A stretch of DNA of 32,000 nt from Ignicoccus pacificus DSM 13166 (GCA_025340205.1 CP006868.1:930001-962000); one strand, 5' to 3'. Positions 1 through 8,307 are shown, numbered from the stretch's first letter. Program-made: numbers and translations. Notes: a model not told the origin generated them from the letters alone.

Positions 1-203
1 GTAGCGGGAACCCCGAGCGCCGCGAGCACGTCGTCCGGCAAGCTACCCTTTATCGCTTCCAGCACGTCCTCGGCTTTTTCTTCAGGTACTATTACATTTA
101 ACGTTATCTCATTGTTACATTCCTTGTAAACCAACTTGGGGCGAGTATCCACTTCTCTTATCTTGAGGGTTCCTGACGTTACATTGTAGAATATCTCTTT
201 CAT
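1..203 (-). CDS. hypothetical protein, N-terminal part only (continues past left window edge)
   Basis: Not in the ORF track because it is truncated. My minus-strand translation from the ATG (rc of cat 201-203) gives MKEIFYNVTSGTLKIREVDTRPKLVYKECNNEITLNVIVPEEKAEDVLEAIKGSLPDDVLAALGVPA.., 67 codons open to the edge. No family recognised. Confidence 0.35.
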   Translation of the reverse strand, partial: MKEIFYNVTSGTLKIREVDTRPKLVYKECNNEITLNVIVPEEKAEDVLEAIKGSLPDDVLAALGVPA

Positions 204-252
204 GTTTCGAACCCATGGAGGGGAGGAATGAGGGGAGAAAATGTTAGGGGCT

Positions 253-265
253 AAAATCTCAAAAA
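253..265 (-). terminator. T-rich tract (TTTTTGAGATTTT on minus strand) immediately after the thermosome stop codon
   Basis: Plus strand aaaatctcaaaaa at 253-265, one nt downstream of the TAA stop (267-269, minus strand). Oligo-T runs are the usual archaeal termination signal. Confidence 0.35.
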
Positions 266-266
266 G

Positions 267-1880
267 TTACTTCTCCTTGCTTTCCTCCTTCTTGCCGGCG
301 GCCACGATGTCGTCGATCCTCAGTATTAGGGTAGCGGCCTCGGTTCCGCTCTTGATGGCGTTGGCCGGTACGGCTACGGCTTCAAAGGCACCTCTCTCGA
401 TCATGTTGGTTATCTCACCGGTGTAAACGTCAACGCCGCAGTGCTTACATCCCTCGGTGTGCTTGGCCCTCAGTTGCATCAGCTTCTCGACGGGGTCGTA
501 GCCGGCGTTCTCTACTAGTGCCATCACGATGCCCTCGAGGGCCTTGGCGAAAGCTTCGATAGCTAGCTGCTCCTTTCCACCGACCTTCCTTGCATAGTCC
601 CTTAGGTCTAGGGCCAGCTCTACCTCAGGGGCTCCTCCAGCTCCTACTATCTTGCCGGCCTTCACTGCGTCAGCAACAGCGCTTAGGGCGTCCCTTAGGC
701 TCCTCTCAGCCTCATCTACTATCCTCTCGAAGCCTCCCCTTACCAATATGGCCACAGCCTTGGGGTTCTTAGCGCCCTCGATGAAGACCATCTTGTCATC
801 GCCAACCTTTCTCTCCTCGACTAGCTGAGCCTCTCCTAGGTCGTTGGGAGTGATGTCCTCAATGTTGCTTATGATCTTAGCACCGGTGGCCTTAGCTAGC
901 TTCTCTAGGTCGCTCCTCTTCACCCTCCTTATCGCCATTATGCCGTTCTTAGCTAAGTAGTATTGAGCGACCTCATCGATGCCCTTCTGAGTTATGACGA
1001 CGTTGGCTCCTACCTCCTTTAGCTTCTCGACCTTCTTCCTCAGTATTTCCTCTTTCTCCTCTAGTAGGATCTTTAGTTGCTCGGGACTGGTGATCCTTAT
1101 TTCAGCGTCTAGCTCAGGCTTCTCTAGTTCGAGTGGGCAGTCTAGGACGGCTATCTTGGCGTTCTCAACCCTCTTGGGCATGCCGGGGTGAACTACCTCC
1201 TTGTCGAGTATTACGCCCTTGATTAGCTTGGTGTCCTTCAAGCTACCGCCGTGCTTCTTTACTATCTGTACGTAATCTAGGTCGACGTACCACTTGTCAC
1301 CTCTCTTCTCCTTGACGGTATCGACGGCCTCTACGGCTATCTCGGCGAAGTGCTCCCTGGCCTCTTGCACTCCCTTGCTAGCCAAGCTGGTCAGAGCGAT
1401 CTTCTTCAGCTTCTCCTTGTCCTCGGGGTCTATAGGCTCGGCGATCTCATTGATCTTGTCTAGGGCCCTCTCTAGGGCCTTCTTGTAACCTTGAATGATT
1501 ATGGTGGGGTGGACGTCCTTGCTCAACAAGTCCTCGGCTTGCTTGATTAACTCGCCAGCGAAGATCACCGCTCTCTTAGTTCCATCTCCTACCTCCTCAT
1601 CTTGGCCCTTGGATATCTGTACCAGTAGCTTGGCGGCGGGGTGCTGTAGGTCCATCTTGTCGAGGATAGTAGCGCCGTCGTTGGTGATGGTTATGTCACC
1701 CAAGCTGTCGACCAACATCTTGTCCATTCCCTTGGGGCCGAATGTGGTTCTCAATACCTCAGCCACAGCTCTGACTGCCATCATGTTGCTCCTTAGAGCC
1801 TCCCTTCCGTAAGTCCTGCTGGAACCCTCCTTCAGAATCACTACCGGAACACCCATGCTTTCGATAGGCCTTACCGCCAT
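267..1880 (-). CDS. thsB: thermosome subunit (group II chaperonin, beta-like)
   Basis: Signatures [33 protein letters not shown] and GDGTKRAV. From memory it closely resembles the Sulfolobus thermosome beta subunit. I trimmed the track start 1955 to ATG 1880 ([19 protein letters not shown]): an SD-like GGTGGGTGAG lies just upstream and a TATA-like box sits at 1917-1924. ATG 1856 is an alternative start. Confidence 0.95.
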   Translation of the reverse strand: MAVRPIESMGVPVVILKEGSSRTYGREALRSNMMAVRAVAEVLRTTFGPKGMDKMLVDSLGDITITNDGATILDKMDLQHPAAKLLVQISKGQDEEVGDGTKRAVIFAGELIKQAEDLLSKDVHPTIIIQGYKKALERALDKINEIAEPIDPEDKEKLKKIALTSLASKGVQEAREHFAEIAVEAVDTVKEKRGDKWYVDLDYVQIVKKHGGSLKDTKLIKGVILDKEVVHPGMPKRVENAKIAVLDCPLELEKPELDAEIRITSPEQLKILLEEKEEILRKKVEKLKEVGANVVITQKGIDEVAQYYLAKNGIMAIRRVKRSDLEKLAKATGAKIISNIEDITPNDLGEAQLVEERKVGDDKMVFIEGAKNPKAVAILVRGGFERIVDEAERSLRDALSAVADAVKAGKIVGAGGAPEVELALDLRDYARKVGGKEQLAIEAFAKALEGIVMALVENAGYDPVEKLMQLRAKHTEGCKHCGVDVYTGEITNMIERGAFEAVAVPANAIKSGTEAATLILRIDDIVAAGKKEESKEK

Positions 1881-1916
1881 CGTGCTCACCCACCATGAAG
1901 CGGTGCTCAACGCTTC

Positions 1917-1924
1917 TATATAAG
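1917..1924 (-). promoter_or_regulatory. TATA-like box (CTTATATA, preceded by AAAA) for the thermosome gene
   Basis: Minus strand reads CTAAAACTTATATAGAAGCG. The box ends 36 nt upstream of ATG 1880, which fits a short SD-containing leader. Confidence 0.4.
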
Positions 1925-1965
1925 TTTTAGTTGTAGTTCGCTTGGAACACTCCAACTTTAAAGAA

Positions 1966-1986
1966 ATACCTCGGTATCCGAGGTAT
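1966..1986. promoter_or_regulatory. perfect 21-nt palindrome ATACCTCGG-TAT-CCGAGGTAT in the thermosome/CPBP divergent region
   Basis: Read directly: the 9-bp arms 1966-1974 and 1978-1986 are exact reverse complements with a 3-nt spacer. It lies just after a TTTAAAGAAATA TATA-like element (1957-1968) and 10 nt before ATG 1996. Confidence 0.4.
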
Positions 1987-1995
1987 GGGATCCAG

Positions 1996-2811
1996 ATGCG
2001 ACCTCTCTTTCTCTATTTAGCACTCCTAGCCATCTTTAGCGTAGCAATGTATGCAGCTTTGACTTCCTTTAAGATGTCTGGAGCTTCAATAAAAATATTA
2101 TCAATAATTTACATGTGGACTCCTACACTAGCTACCGTGATAGTTCTGAGGAGCGGCAAGGCGATATTGGATGTCTTAGGAGAGTTTAGGTTAAAGTGGT
2201 ATTTGATAGCCGGTCTAGTTCCCTTAATCCACCTAGCTCTCGTAAGGCTAATCTTGTCATCTCAATGGATTGACCCGTCCTTAGTATTGTTCTTACTCAA
2301 GGGCATTAATGTATCAACCACGAAACTCTTGGTAGAAGGTCTGGTAGCTGGTTATACAGTTAACGCCGTCGTTGCGCTGGGAGAGGAAATAGGATGGAGG
2401 GGATTCATGTTTAAAGTGCTTAGGGGTAACAGGCTGACCAAATCAATAGTAATAGGAACAGTTTGGGCTCTTTGGCATTGGCCCTTAATAGTTTTGGGTT
2501 ATTTGAATTTCCCCCAGTCGAAGGCTCTAGGAATCCCGATATTTGCGCTAACGTTAATCCCGATGACTTATGTAATGTTGTTCTTTAGGGAACGAGAAGG
2601 CGTGTATAGTACAGCAGTATTGCACGGCGTCACGAATGGTGTTCTAGGTATGGAATATTTGGCACTTTCTCAGCTTCCCGATTGGCTTAGGCCACCTTCG
2701 GGGCTATGGGGAGCATTGGCTTGGATCATAATTGCAACTGCCATAACAGCTATAGAGAAAATGATTAGTAGATCTTCGAGCCTGGCGCTACCGGTTCGAT
2801 CGGAGCGATGA
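1996..2811 (+). CDS. CPBP family intramembrane glutamic endopeptidase (CAAX protease / Abi-like), polytopic membrane protein
   Basis: Motifs [12 protein letters not shown] (EExxxR), WALWHWP (FxxxH-like) and AVLHGVTNG (HxxxN/D) in a multi-TM protein. I prefer start ATG 1996 ([11 protein letters not shown]) to track start 1942, because 1942 would read through the palindrome and the thermosome promoter. Confidence 0.8.
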   Translation: MRPLFLYLALLAIFSVAMYAALTSFKMSGASIKILSIIYMWTPTLATVIVLRSGKAILDVLGEFRLKWYLIAGLVPLIHLALVRLILSSQWIDPSLVLFLLKGINVSTTKLLVEGLVAGYTVNAVVALGEEIGWRGFMFKVLRGNRLTKSIVIGTVWALWHWPLIVLGYLNFPQSKALGIPIFALTLIPMTYVMLFFREREGVYSTAVLHGVTNGVLGMEYLALSQLPDWLRPPSGLWGALAWIIIATAITAIEKMISRSSSLALPVRSER

Positions 2812-3109
2812 AGACGGGTTTCTCACCTTCCTTCTCTTCAGCCATTAGGATCATTCCTTGCGACTCTAGGTTCGCCATCTTCTTAGGCTTTAAATTTGCG
2901 ACGACTACTACGGTCTTTCCCACTAACTCCTCGGGTCGGTACCATTTCTTTATTCCGCTAAGTATTTGTCTTTTGCCCAAAGGTCCTAAGTCAACTATTA
3001 CCTTAATGAGTTTCCTGGAGTTAGGCACGTCTTCGGCTTCTATGATCTTTCCCACTCTCAAATCAATCTTTGAAAAGGTTTGAAAATCCACGTACTCCAC
3101 GCGTTTCAC
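2765..3109 (-). CDS. tRNA-binding domain protein (Trbp111/CsaA/MetRS C-terminal-domain type OB fold)
   Basis: Sequence FSKIDLRVGKIIEAEDVPNSRKLIKVIVDLG...ILSGIKKWYRPEELVGKTVVVVANLKPKKMANLESQGMIL is typical of this family. I set the start to in-frame GTG 3109 (about 114 aa, the family-typical size). Track start 3220 (TTG) or ATG 3196 would overlap the divergent gene that starts at 3138. Confidence 0.72.
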   Translation of the reverse strand: MKRVEYVDFQTFSKIDLRVGKIIEAEDVPNSRKLIKVIVDLGPLGKRQILSGIKKWYRPEELVGKTVVVVANLKPKKMANLESQGMILMAEEKEGEKPVFIAPIEPVAPGSKIY

Positions 3110-3137
3110 CGCTCGTAGCGGACTGTAGGGGAGGTAA

Positions 3138-4334
3138 ATGAGTGAAGGTAAGATCAGGATAACGCCTAGATCGGTGGACTTCGGAGCAGTCGCCATAGAG
3201 CTCGAGTGCTCGGGATACAAGATATCCTTGGATGCGGGGACCGAGGTTAGTACCGAAGACGTCCTCTTGTCCCACGCTCATCTAGATCACAGTAAGATGG
3301 CTGTAGGGAAGAGAATTCATGCTACCTTACCTACCTTAGCTTTGGCCAGATTGCTCTGGATAGATTCTAAGAAATTAGATCCGGAAATACCATGGGAGGT
3401 GAGAGATGTCCAGCTTACCTTAAACAATGCACATTGGATTAATTTACATGAAGAGTTCAAGGTAGGTCCCTTTATCATTAGAACTCATGAAGCTGGGCAC
3501 GTCTTAGGCAGCGTAGTCTTTGAAATAGAATGTAAAGGAAAGAGCATCATCTATACTGGGGATCTAGGAAGTAGCAGCTTCCTATTAAATTATTGGATAA
3601 ACGACGTTCCCCGAGGCGACTACCTAATAATCGAATCCAGCTACTTATGCAAAGATAGACCATCACAAAAGACCGAGTGGTCAAAGCTGTTCACGTTCCT
3701 AAAATCTACCCTTCCAAACTCTCCCGTTTTGATAGCTGCTAATGCCGTCGGCAAAGTCCAAGAGGTAGTGAAGTTTCTGATGAACTACAGTAACAATCTA
3801 CCACTTGAAAGGGTAGTCGTGGAGGGCATGGGTGTAGATGCTACTAAAATCTACGACGATATGGTAAATTACCTTAAGGACACGGAGATCAGCTCATGGC
3901 TTAACGGCAGCCGTAGAATGTTAATGGACTTTATAGAGATTCCAAAAACCATAGGTGAGAGAAAGAACATGTTAACGCCGGGCACGGTAATTGTGGCTCC
4001 CTCTGGTTCTCTAAGTGGAGGAATGAGTGTCTGGTGGGCTTCTCATAATATACCGTATGTCTTACTAGGCCACGTCTTTGAACCGGCATCGAGACTCCTA
4101 GAAGGTCAAAGTGTCGTTGTAGAGGATCCTTTAGGAAACCAAGTTAAGTTAGGACCCCCCTCACTGCATCTACAGATTTCGAGACATGCGTCACGACAAG
4201 AACTCTTTCAATTCATTAGTAAGAGTGAAGCTAGCGAAGTATTTTTATTTCATGGCGACGAAGAATGTCTATTCACTGCTAGTAGTGAGTATGACTTTAC
4301 TCCTCTCCAGCCGATGAAGACAATAGAACTATAG
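3138..4334 (+). CDS. metallo-beta-lactamase fold, beta-CASP family nuclease (aCPSF2-like)
   Basis: MBL motifs SLDAG, SHAHLDHS (HxHxDH), HEAGHVLGS and YTGDLG. Beta-CASP motifs IIESSY (A), GSLSGGMS...LLGHVFEP and ISRHASRQEL (C), then FHGDEE. Confidence 0.7.
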   Translation: MSEGKIRITPRSVDFGAVAIELECSGYKISLDAGTEVSTEDVLLSHAHLDHSKMAVGKRIHATLPTLALARLLWIDSKKLDPEIPWEVRDVQLTLNNAHWINLHEEFKVGPFIIRTHEAGHVLGSVVFEIECKGKSIIYTGDLGSSSFLLNYWINDVPRGDYLIIESSYLCKDRPSQKTEWSKLFTFLKSTLPNSPVLIAANAVGKVQEVVKFLMNYSNNLPLERVVVEGMGVDATKIYDDMVNYLKDTEISSWLNGSRRMLMDFIEIPKTIGERKNMLTPGTVIVAPSGSLSGGMSVWWASHNIPYVLLGHVFEPASRLLEGQSVVVEDPLGNQVKLGPPSLHLQISRHASRQELFQFISKSEASEVFLFHGDEECLFTASSEYDFTPLQPMKTIEL

Positions 4335-4374
4335 TTTCTCTTACGAATATAAACCCAGTTAATAGAAACGGGAA

Positions 4375-4382
4375 GTATAAAT
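4375..4382 (+). promoter_or_regulatory. TATA-like box GTATAAAT upstream of the cytochrome gene (a second one, AATATAAA, at 4346-4353)
   Basis: Read directly. The proximal box is only 13 nt from ATG 4395. If it is the one used, translation would more likely start at in-frame GTG 4413 or 4422, and GGGTGGA precedes 4422. Confidence 0.3.
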
Positions 4383-4394
4383 CCTCTCCATTTC

Positions 4395-6320
4395 ATGAAG
4401 ATAACACGAAGGGTGGATAGTGTGAAGAAGCTGGCATTCCTTCTGGCTATCCTATTCATTGGCACCACCCTACTCGCCGCCAAGGGACTAGCGACCCCCG
4501 CTCTGCTGCAGAAGCTAGAGGCCGAGGGCAAGGTCAGCCCTCAGACCCAAGCGTGTCTAGCGTGCCACATGAGGGTCACCCCCGGCATAGTGATGGACTG
4601 GCTGAACAGCAAGCACGCCCTCAATCCTCCTGCTAACGTCGAGAAGCTCTATGAGGCCATCGGTGCCGGACCTCAGCCCATAGCCAAGAAGTTCCAGAAC
4701 TACAAGTATGTGGTTGGATGCTATGAGTGTCACGGAATGTACAAGGTCAAGGACAGGGTCGACGCTGTAAACCACTTCGGCTTCAAGATAGTGACCATAG
4801 TCACCCTACAGGACTGTAGCCAGTGCCACCCCAAGGAGGCCAAGGAGATCAGCTGGACTTGGCACGCCTTTGCCGCCCTGAACACCAACCTGAATCCTTG
4901 GTACAAGAAGATAGTCAAGTATGCTAAGGACCACAACGAGATGGACATGCTACCTCCGGTGTTCAAGCTAACCCACAAGGGACTGATCACTTGGCAGTGG
5001 TACAAGGACTACGCTAAGGCTCTATACGACTACCTAAACGGCAAGCCTGTGAGCGCCAAGTGGATGAAGTACATCAAGCTCTTCGGTACTCCTTATGACT
5101 ACGACTTCAAGAACATCGTCAGCCCGCTATACCCTGCTAGCGGTGGACTAAACACCACTGTAGCTGCCAAGGTAGGTTACAAACCCACCATAGGTGCCGT
5201 CTGTGCTGTTGGTAAGTGGAACTACTATGAGCAGATTAGCAACCCCATGAGCCACCCGATGTTCAAGAACGCCTATGCCTACCACGCCTGCTACGAGTGC
5301 CACGGTACCCTAGTGGTGCCCTACAAGACTGAGACCAAGATGATCAAGGGCTTCCCCGTCACTAGGATGGACTACTGGGGCTGGCCCAGCAACGGAGCTG
5401 GAAGGATTGACCCCGACGGAAGCCTAGGCACTTGTACTGCTTGCCACCCCAGGCACAGCTTCAGCGTGGCTCAGGCTAGGGAGCCTTGGACTTGTGGTCA
5501 GTGCCACCTAGGATATGACCACCCGCACATTGAGATCTATGAGGAGAGCAAGCACGGAAACATCTATGACGCCAACAAGGAGAAGTGGAACATGGAGGCC
5601 ATACCTTGGAAGGTCGGCACTGACTTCAACGCACCCACTTGTGCTACCTGCCACATGAGCACCATCGCTAGCCCCGACGGAAGCCAGATACTAGTGAAGG
5701 GTACCCACGACCTAAGGGCCAGGCTAGTGTGGGACCAGATGCACTTCTTCACCTACCCGAAGGCCGACTACCCAGACAACGTGCAACTAGCTGTGATCAA
5801 GGGCGTAAGTGTGCTAACTGGTGCTAACATACAGAAGGCCGTCAGCGGAGGGTTCAAGGTGATACCCGGACCCAAGGCCGGAGAGCTAGCCTTCCCGAGG
5901 CTAGCTACCATCAAGTACTACGGTGCCCTAGCCCAGAAGAGAGCTGCTATGGAGAAGGTCTGTACCCTATGCCACAGCACCCAGTGGACTAAGAACTTCT
6001 TCAGGACCGCTGACCAGAACATGATAGACTATGACATCGTGGCCCACTATGCCTTCGACCTACTGAAGAAGGCTTGGAAGGAGGGCATCCAAGATCCTCA
6101 CAACAAGCTAGACGAAGTAATGGAGGTCGAGTGGTACTACATCTGGCACCACCAGGGCAGGAGGTGGAGGAACGGAGCCTTCATGATGGGACCCGACTTC
6201 GCCCACTGGTTCGGTATAGTCGACACTGTCATGGAGGCCCTCAACAGGATGCTAGGATACTACCAGATGGCCAAGGAGGTCAAGATGCTACAGACTCAGC
6301 TACAAGCCCTAGCCAAGTAA
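4395..6320 (+). CDS. exported octahaem c-type cytochrome, hydroxylamine-oxidoreductase (HAO)-like family
   Basis: Eight canonical CxxCH motifs: aa 54 CLACH, 109 CYECH, 141 CSQCH, 299 CYECH, 347 CTACH, 367 CGQCH, 416 CATCH, 523 CTLCH. N-terminal signal/anchor KKLAFLLAILFIGTTLLAAKGLA. Size and haem spacing resemble HAO-type octahaem proteins. The start could be 4395, 4413 or 4422. Confidence 0.9.
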   Translation: MKITRRVDSVKKLAFLLAILFIGTTLLAAKGLATPALLQKLEAEGKVSPQTQACLACHMRVTPGIVMDWLNSKHALNPPANVEKLYEAIGAGPQPIAKKFQNYKYVVGCYECHGMYKVKDRVDAVNHFGFKIVTIVTLQDCSQCHPKEAKEISWTWHAFAALNTNLNPWYKKIVKYAKDHNEMDMLPPVFKLTHKGLITWQWYKDYAKALYDYLNGKPVSAKWMKYIKLFGTPYDYDFKNIVSPLYPASGGLNTTVAAKVGYKPTIGAVCAVGKWNYYEQISNPMSHPMFKNAYAYHACYECHGTLVVPYKTETKMIKGFPVTRMDYWGWPSNGAGRIDPDGSLGTCTACHPRHSFSVAQAREPWTCGQCHLGYDHPHIEIYEESKHGNIYDANKEKWNMEAIPWKVGTDFNAPTCATCHMSTIASPDGSQILVKGTHDLRARLVWDQMHFFTYPKADYPDNVQLAVIKGVSVLTGANIQKAVSGGFKVIPGPKAGELAFPRLATIKYYGALAQKRAAMEKVCTLCHSTQWTKNFFRTADQNMIDYDIVAHYAFDLLKKAWKEGIQDPHNKLDEVMEVEWYYIWHHQGRRWRNGAFMMGPDFAHWFGIVDTVMEALNRMLGYYQMAKEVKMLQTQLQALAK

Positions 6321-6330
6321 AACACCTAAT

Positions 6331-6338
6331 TTTTTATT
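6331..6338 (+). terminator. oligo-T tract (TTTTTATT) 11 nt after the cytochrome stop codon
   Basis: Read directly in the 19-nt gap between the convergent stops at 6320 and 6340. Confidence 0.35.
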
Positions 6339-6339
6339 A

Positions 6340-8256
6340 TTAAGACGACCTACCCTTCCTATTCCTCCAAGCTCCTTCAGCTAGTCTCTGTACCACTTCT
6401 TTATGTGGTCTCTGAGATCTCTTCCAAGCCTTAGGGTTGTTGTAAAGCAGCGTAGCGAAGAGTCTGTCCGCTACTATATCTGCTGAAGGACATAGGTACA
6501 TGCAGAGCCTACACCCCTCACAAGCGTTCGGATCAGCTAAGACCGGCCTGGTTTCACCTTTTTCTTCTATTACCTTAATCGCGCCAGTGGGGCACCAAGT
6601 TTCGCAGATTCTGCAGCCGGCACAAGCGTTGGAGCTATGTACTACCCTTAGGGCTTCAAACGCCTCTTCTATTCCTTTCACCTTAGGGGAAACTATTACT
6701 CTATCTTTGTAGAACTCATATCTCCCCCTTGGTCCCTCTATTATCTGGCCCCTCCTCTCCGTTCCCAGCAATTTGGCTAGCTCAAGGGCCTTTACTTTAT
6801 CGTACTTTAATTTTAAGATAATTTTCTTTACTCTCTTCTTTTCCCTTATCACTTTATAATCTAAGAGCTTTACCTTAGATTGTCTCTTCTTGTACTCCTC
6901 CTTCCAATCTATGGTTTCACCGGCCTTTGAGGCCAAAACCTCTTTAGGATGCTCGGGGGCCAACCACCTCCAGCCCCCTCTAATCCACCATTTACCGTAT
7001 CCGAGCCTCTTCCTCCATTTTTCTAAAACATTCTCCCATCTCTCCCAGAGCTCTGGATGAAGTCTCTTTACGAGCTCGTACTCCCATTGGGTAGCTCCAG
7101 GACACATGAAACAGCCGACGCGATCGAAACCCTTGAAGTAGAGCTCGTTGAGAGGAACGTTCCTGTCAATCAAGTACGCTAACTCCAGCAGCTGAGGCCA
7201 AGGTAGTATAGGACTGACAGTGGTTACCGTTGGGAAGTACTTCATCTTCATTATCGGCGGTGTCCTAGATCTCTCTAAGCTCTCCCACCATCTATTGCCC
7301 ACGAAGTTTGTGACGTTCTCATACCTCTTCATGAACCTAGCTATGGGACCTAACTTGAGTACCTTACAGCACCATCGAAAATCTCTAGCGGGTGGAGAGA
7401 AAAGGTCTACAGCTCTCCAGAACCTGTCCTCTGCTGAAGCTATCTCAAGCTTCATATTGAAAAATCGCGCTTCCTCCTCTACAGTTTTTATTGTCTCCGG
7501 AAGTTCTATTCCAGTATCATTGAACAGTAAGATAGCATCCATATCGTATTCCTTGAGAAGTTGAGCCACCAGAGCGGAGTCCTTCCCCCCAGACAGCGAA
7601 AGTATGGGAGTTCCTTTAGGAGCCCTCTTCAGTACCTCGAAGCTCCACTCTCTGAGTTCCTCGATGAAACGCTCATTCGCCTTTAGGATATCCTTTAAAT
7701 CTTGCTTCCTCGTGCTGAGCGCCCCTCTTCTGGGATGTTTCCAGACCTTGTCGACTCTCAACTTCCCTCTTTTCGGAATGGCTATTCCGACGACCTTGCC
7801 TTCAGAATCCACTAAAGCGACTTGCTTGTTCCCCTTCCCCACGACATCTCCAGGCCTTGGATTATCCACCTTTATGGAATTGATGTAGCCGCGCTCTAAA
7901 GCCCTTAGAGCACCTAAGTACCCTAATCTTATTCTCCACTTGCCAGCCAATGGGTCGTATAGCGCTCTAGCCAAGATGTCTCCATCTACAATTATCTGGT
8001 AAGCGTGATCGACGTAGGATGTTCTATTAAGAAAGACCATTCTCCCTTCAGTTAGCTTTTCCCACGAACCCTTCCCTACCTCCTCATCAAAGGCATTGGA
8101 GAGGTATTCGTAATCTCCTTCCCAAGCGATCCTCAAGTCTCTAGGCTCAAATAAGCTGAGTCTGAGTGCTCCTTCACAGTCCTCCCTCCTGAACACTGGC
8201 ACGTTGAGCTCTGGGCACCAGAAGACCTCCAGCTCTCTTTGCCACTTCCTCTTCAT
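6340..8256 (-). CDS. PAPS/APS reductase-family PP-loop protein with an N-terminal PUA-like region and a C-terminal 2x[4Fe-4S] ferredoxin domain
   Basis: PP-loop LSLSGGKDS (aa 220-227). Fe-S type APS-reductase cysteines WCCKVLKLGP (C296-C297) and GCFMCP (C382, C385). C-terminal CAGCRICETWCP and CEGCRLCMYLCP. The N-terminal segment PRPGDVVGKGNKQVALVDSEGKVVGIAIPK looks PUA-like. No ECG(L/I)H catalytic tail. Confidence 0.85.
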   Translation of the reverse strand: MKRKWQRELEVFWCPELNVPVFRREDCEGALRLSLFEPRDLRIAWEGDYEYLSNAFDEEVGKGSWEKLTEGRMVFLNRTSYVDHAYQIIVDGDILARALYDPLAGKWRIRLGYLGALRALERGYINSIKVDNPRPGDVVGKGNKQVALVDSEGKVVGIAIPKRGKLRVDKVWKHPRRGALSTRKQDLKDILKANERFIEELREWSFEVLKRAPKGTPILSLSGGKDSALVAQLLKEYDMDAILLFNDTGIELPETIKTVEEEARFFNMKLEIASAEDRFWRAVDLFSPPARDFRWCCKVLKLGPIARFMKRYENVTNFVGNRWWESLERSRTPPIMKMKYFPTVTTVSPILPWPQLLELAYLIDRNVPLNELYFKGFDRVGCFMCPGATQWEYELVKRLHPELWERWENVLEKWRKRLGYGKWWIRGGWRWLAPEHPKEVLASKAGETIDWKEEYKKRQSKVKLLDYKVIREKKRVKKIILKLKYDKVKALELAKLLGTERRGQIIEGPRGRYEFYKDRVIVSPKVKGIEEAFEALRVVHSSNACAGCRICETWCPTGAIKVIEEKGETRPVLADPNACEGCRLCMYLCPSADIVADRLFATLLYNNPKAWKRSQRPHKEVVQRLAEGAWRNRKGRSS

Positions 8257-8307
8257 CTTAGAGCTCCAGCTCGGGAATGGGGAGCGGAAAGGTTAATTGA
8301 TAGAGGG

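Noticed and set aside
204-266. tRNA-like T-loop string GGGTTCGAAAC (minus strand) between the thermosome stop and the next gene.
   Set aside because: Only 63 nt are available. There is no acceptor, D or anticodon stem, and the flanking CATG/CATG stem has a 9-nt loop. Not a tRNA.
1495-1812. Long antisense or alternative-frame ORFs inside well-supported genes: 1495-1812, 7220-7564, 15968-16327, 18379-18714, 20088-20432, 23238-23651, 24431-24778, 30653-31006, 6074-6343, 14382-14606 and 14718-15041.
   Set aside because: Each lies wholly within a CDS with strong family motifs on the other strand or frame. Their translations are low-complexity (S/L/P/R-rich) with no recognisable motifs, which is typical of shadow ORFs.
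1881-1955. N-terminal extensions suggested by the ORF track: thermosome to 1955, WD40 protein to 16621, uL4 to 24085, CPBP from 1942, tRNA-binding protein to 3220.
   Set aside because: The extensions are not family-like. They overlap divergent neighbours or promoter elements. Internal starts with SD-like sequences reproduce family-typical N-termini.
4250-4531. 93-aa minus-strand ORF bridging the beta-CASP 3' end and the cytochrome 5' end.
   Set aside because: It is antisense to two supported genes and to the TATA-like boxes between them. No motif.
8261-8272. Short palindrome GAGCT-CC-AGCTC between sat and the PAPS-reductase-family gene, and GACTT-G-AAGTC upstream of uL3 (about 25215-25225).
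   Set aside because: The 5-bp arms with 1-2 nt spacers are too short to form hairpins and are expected by chance.
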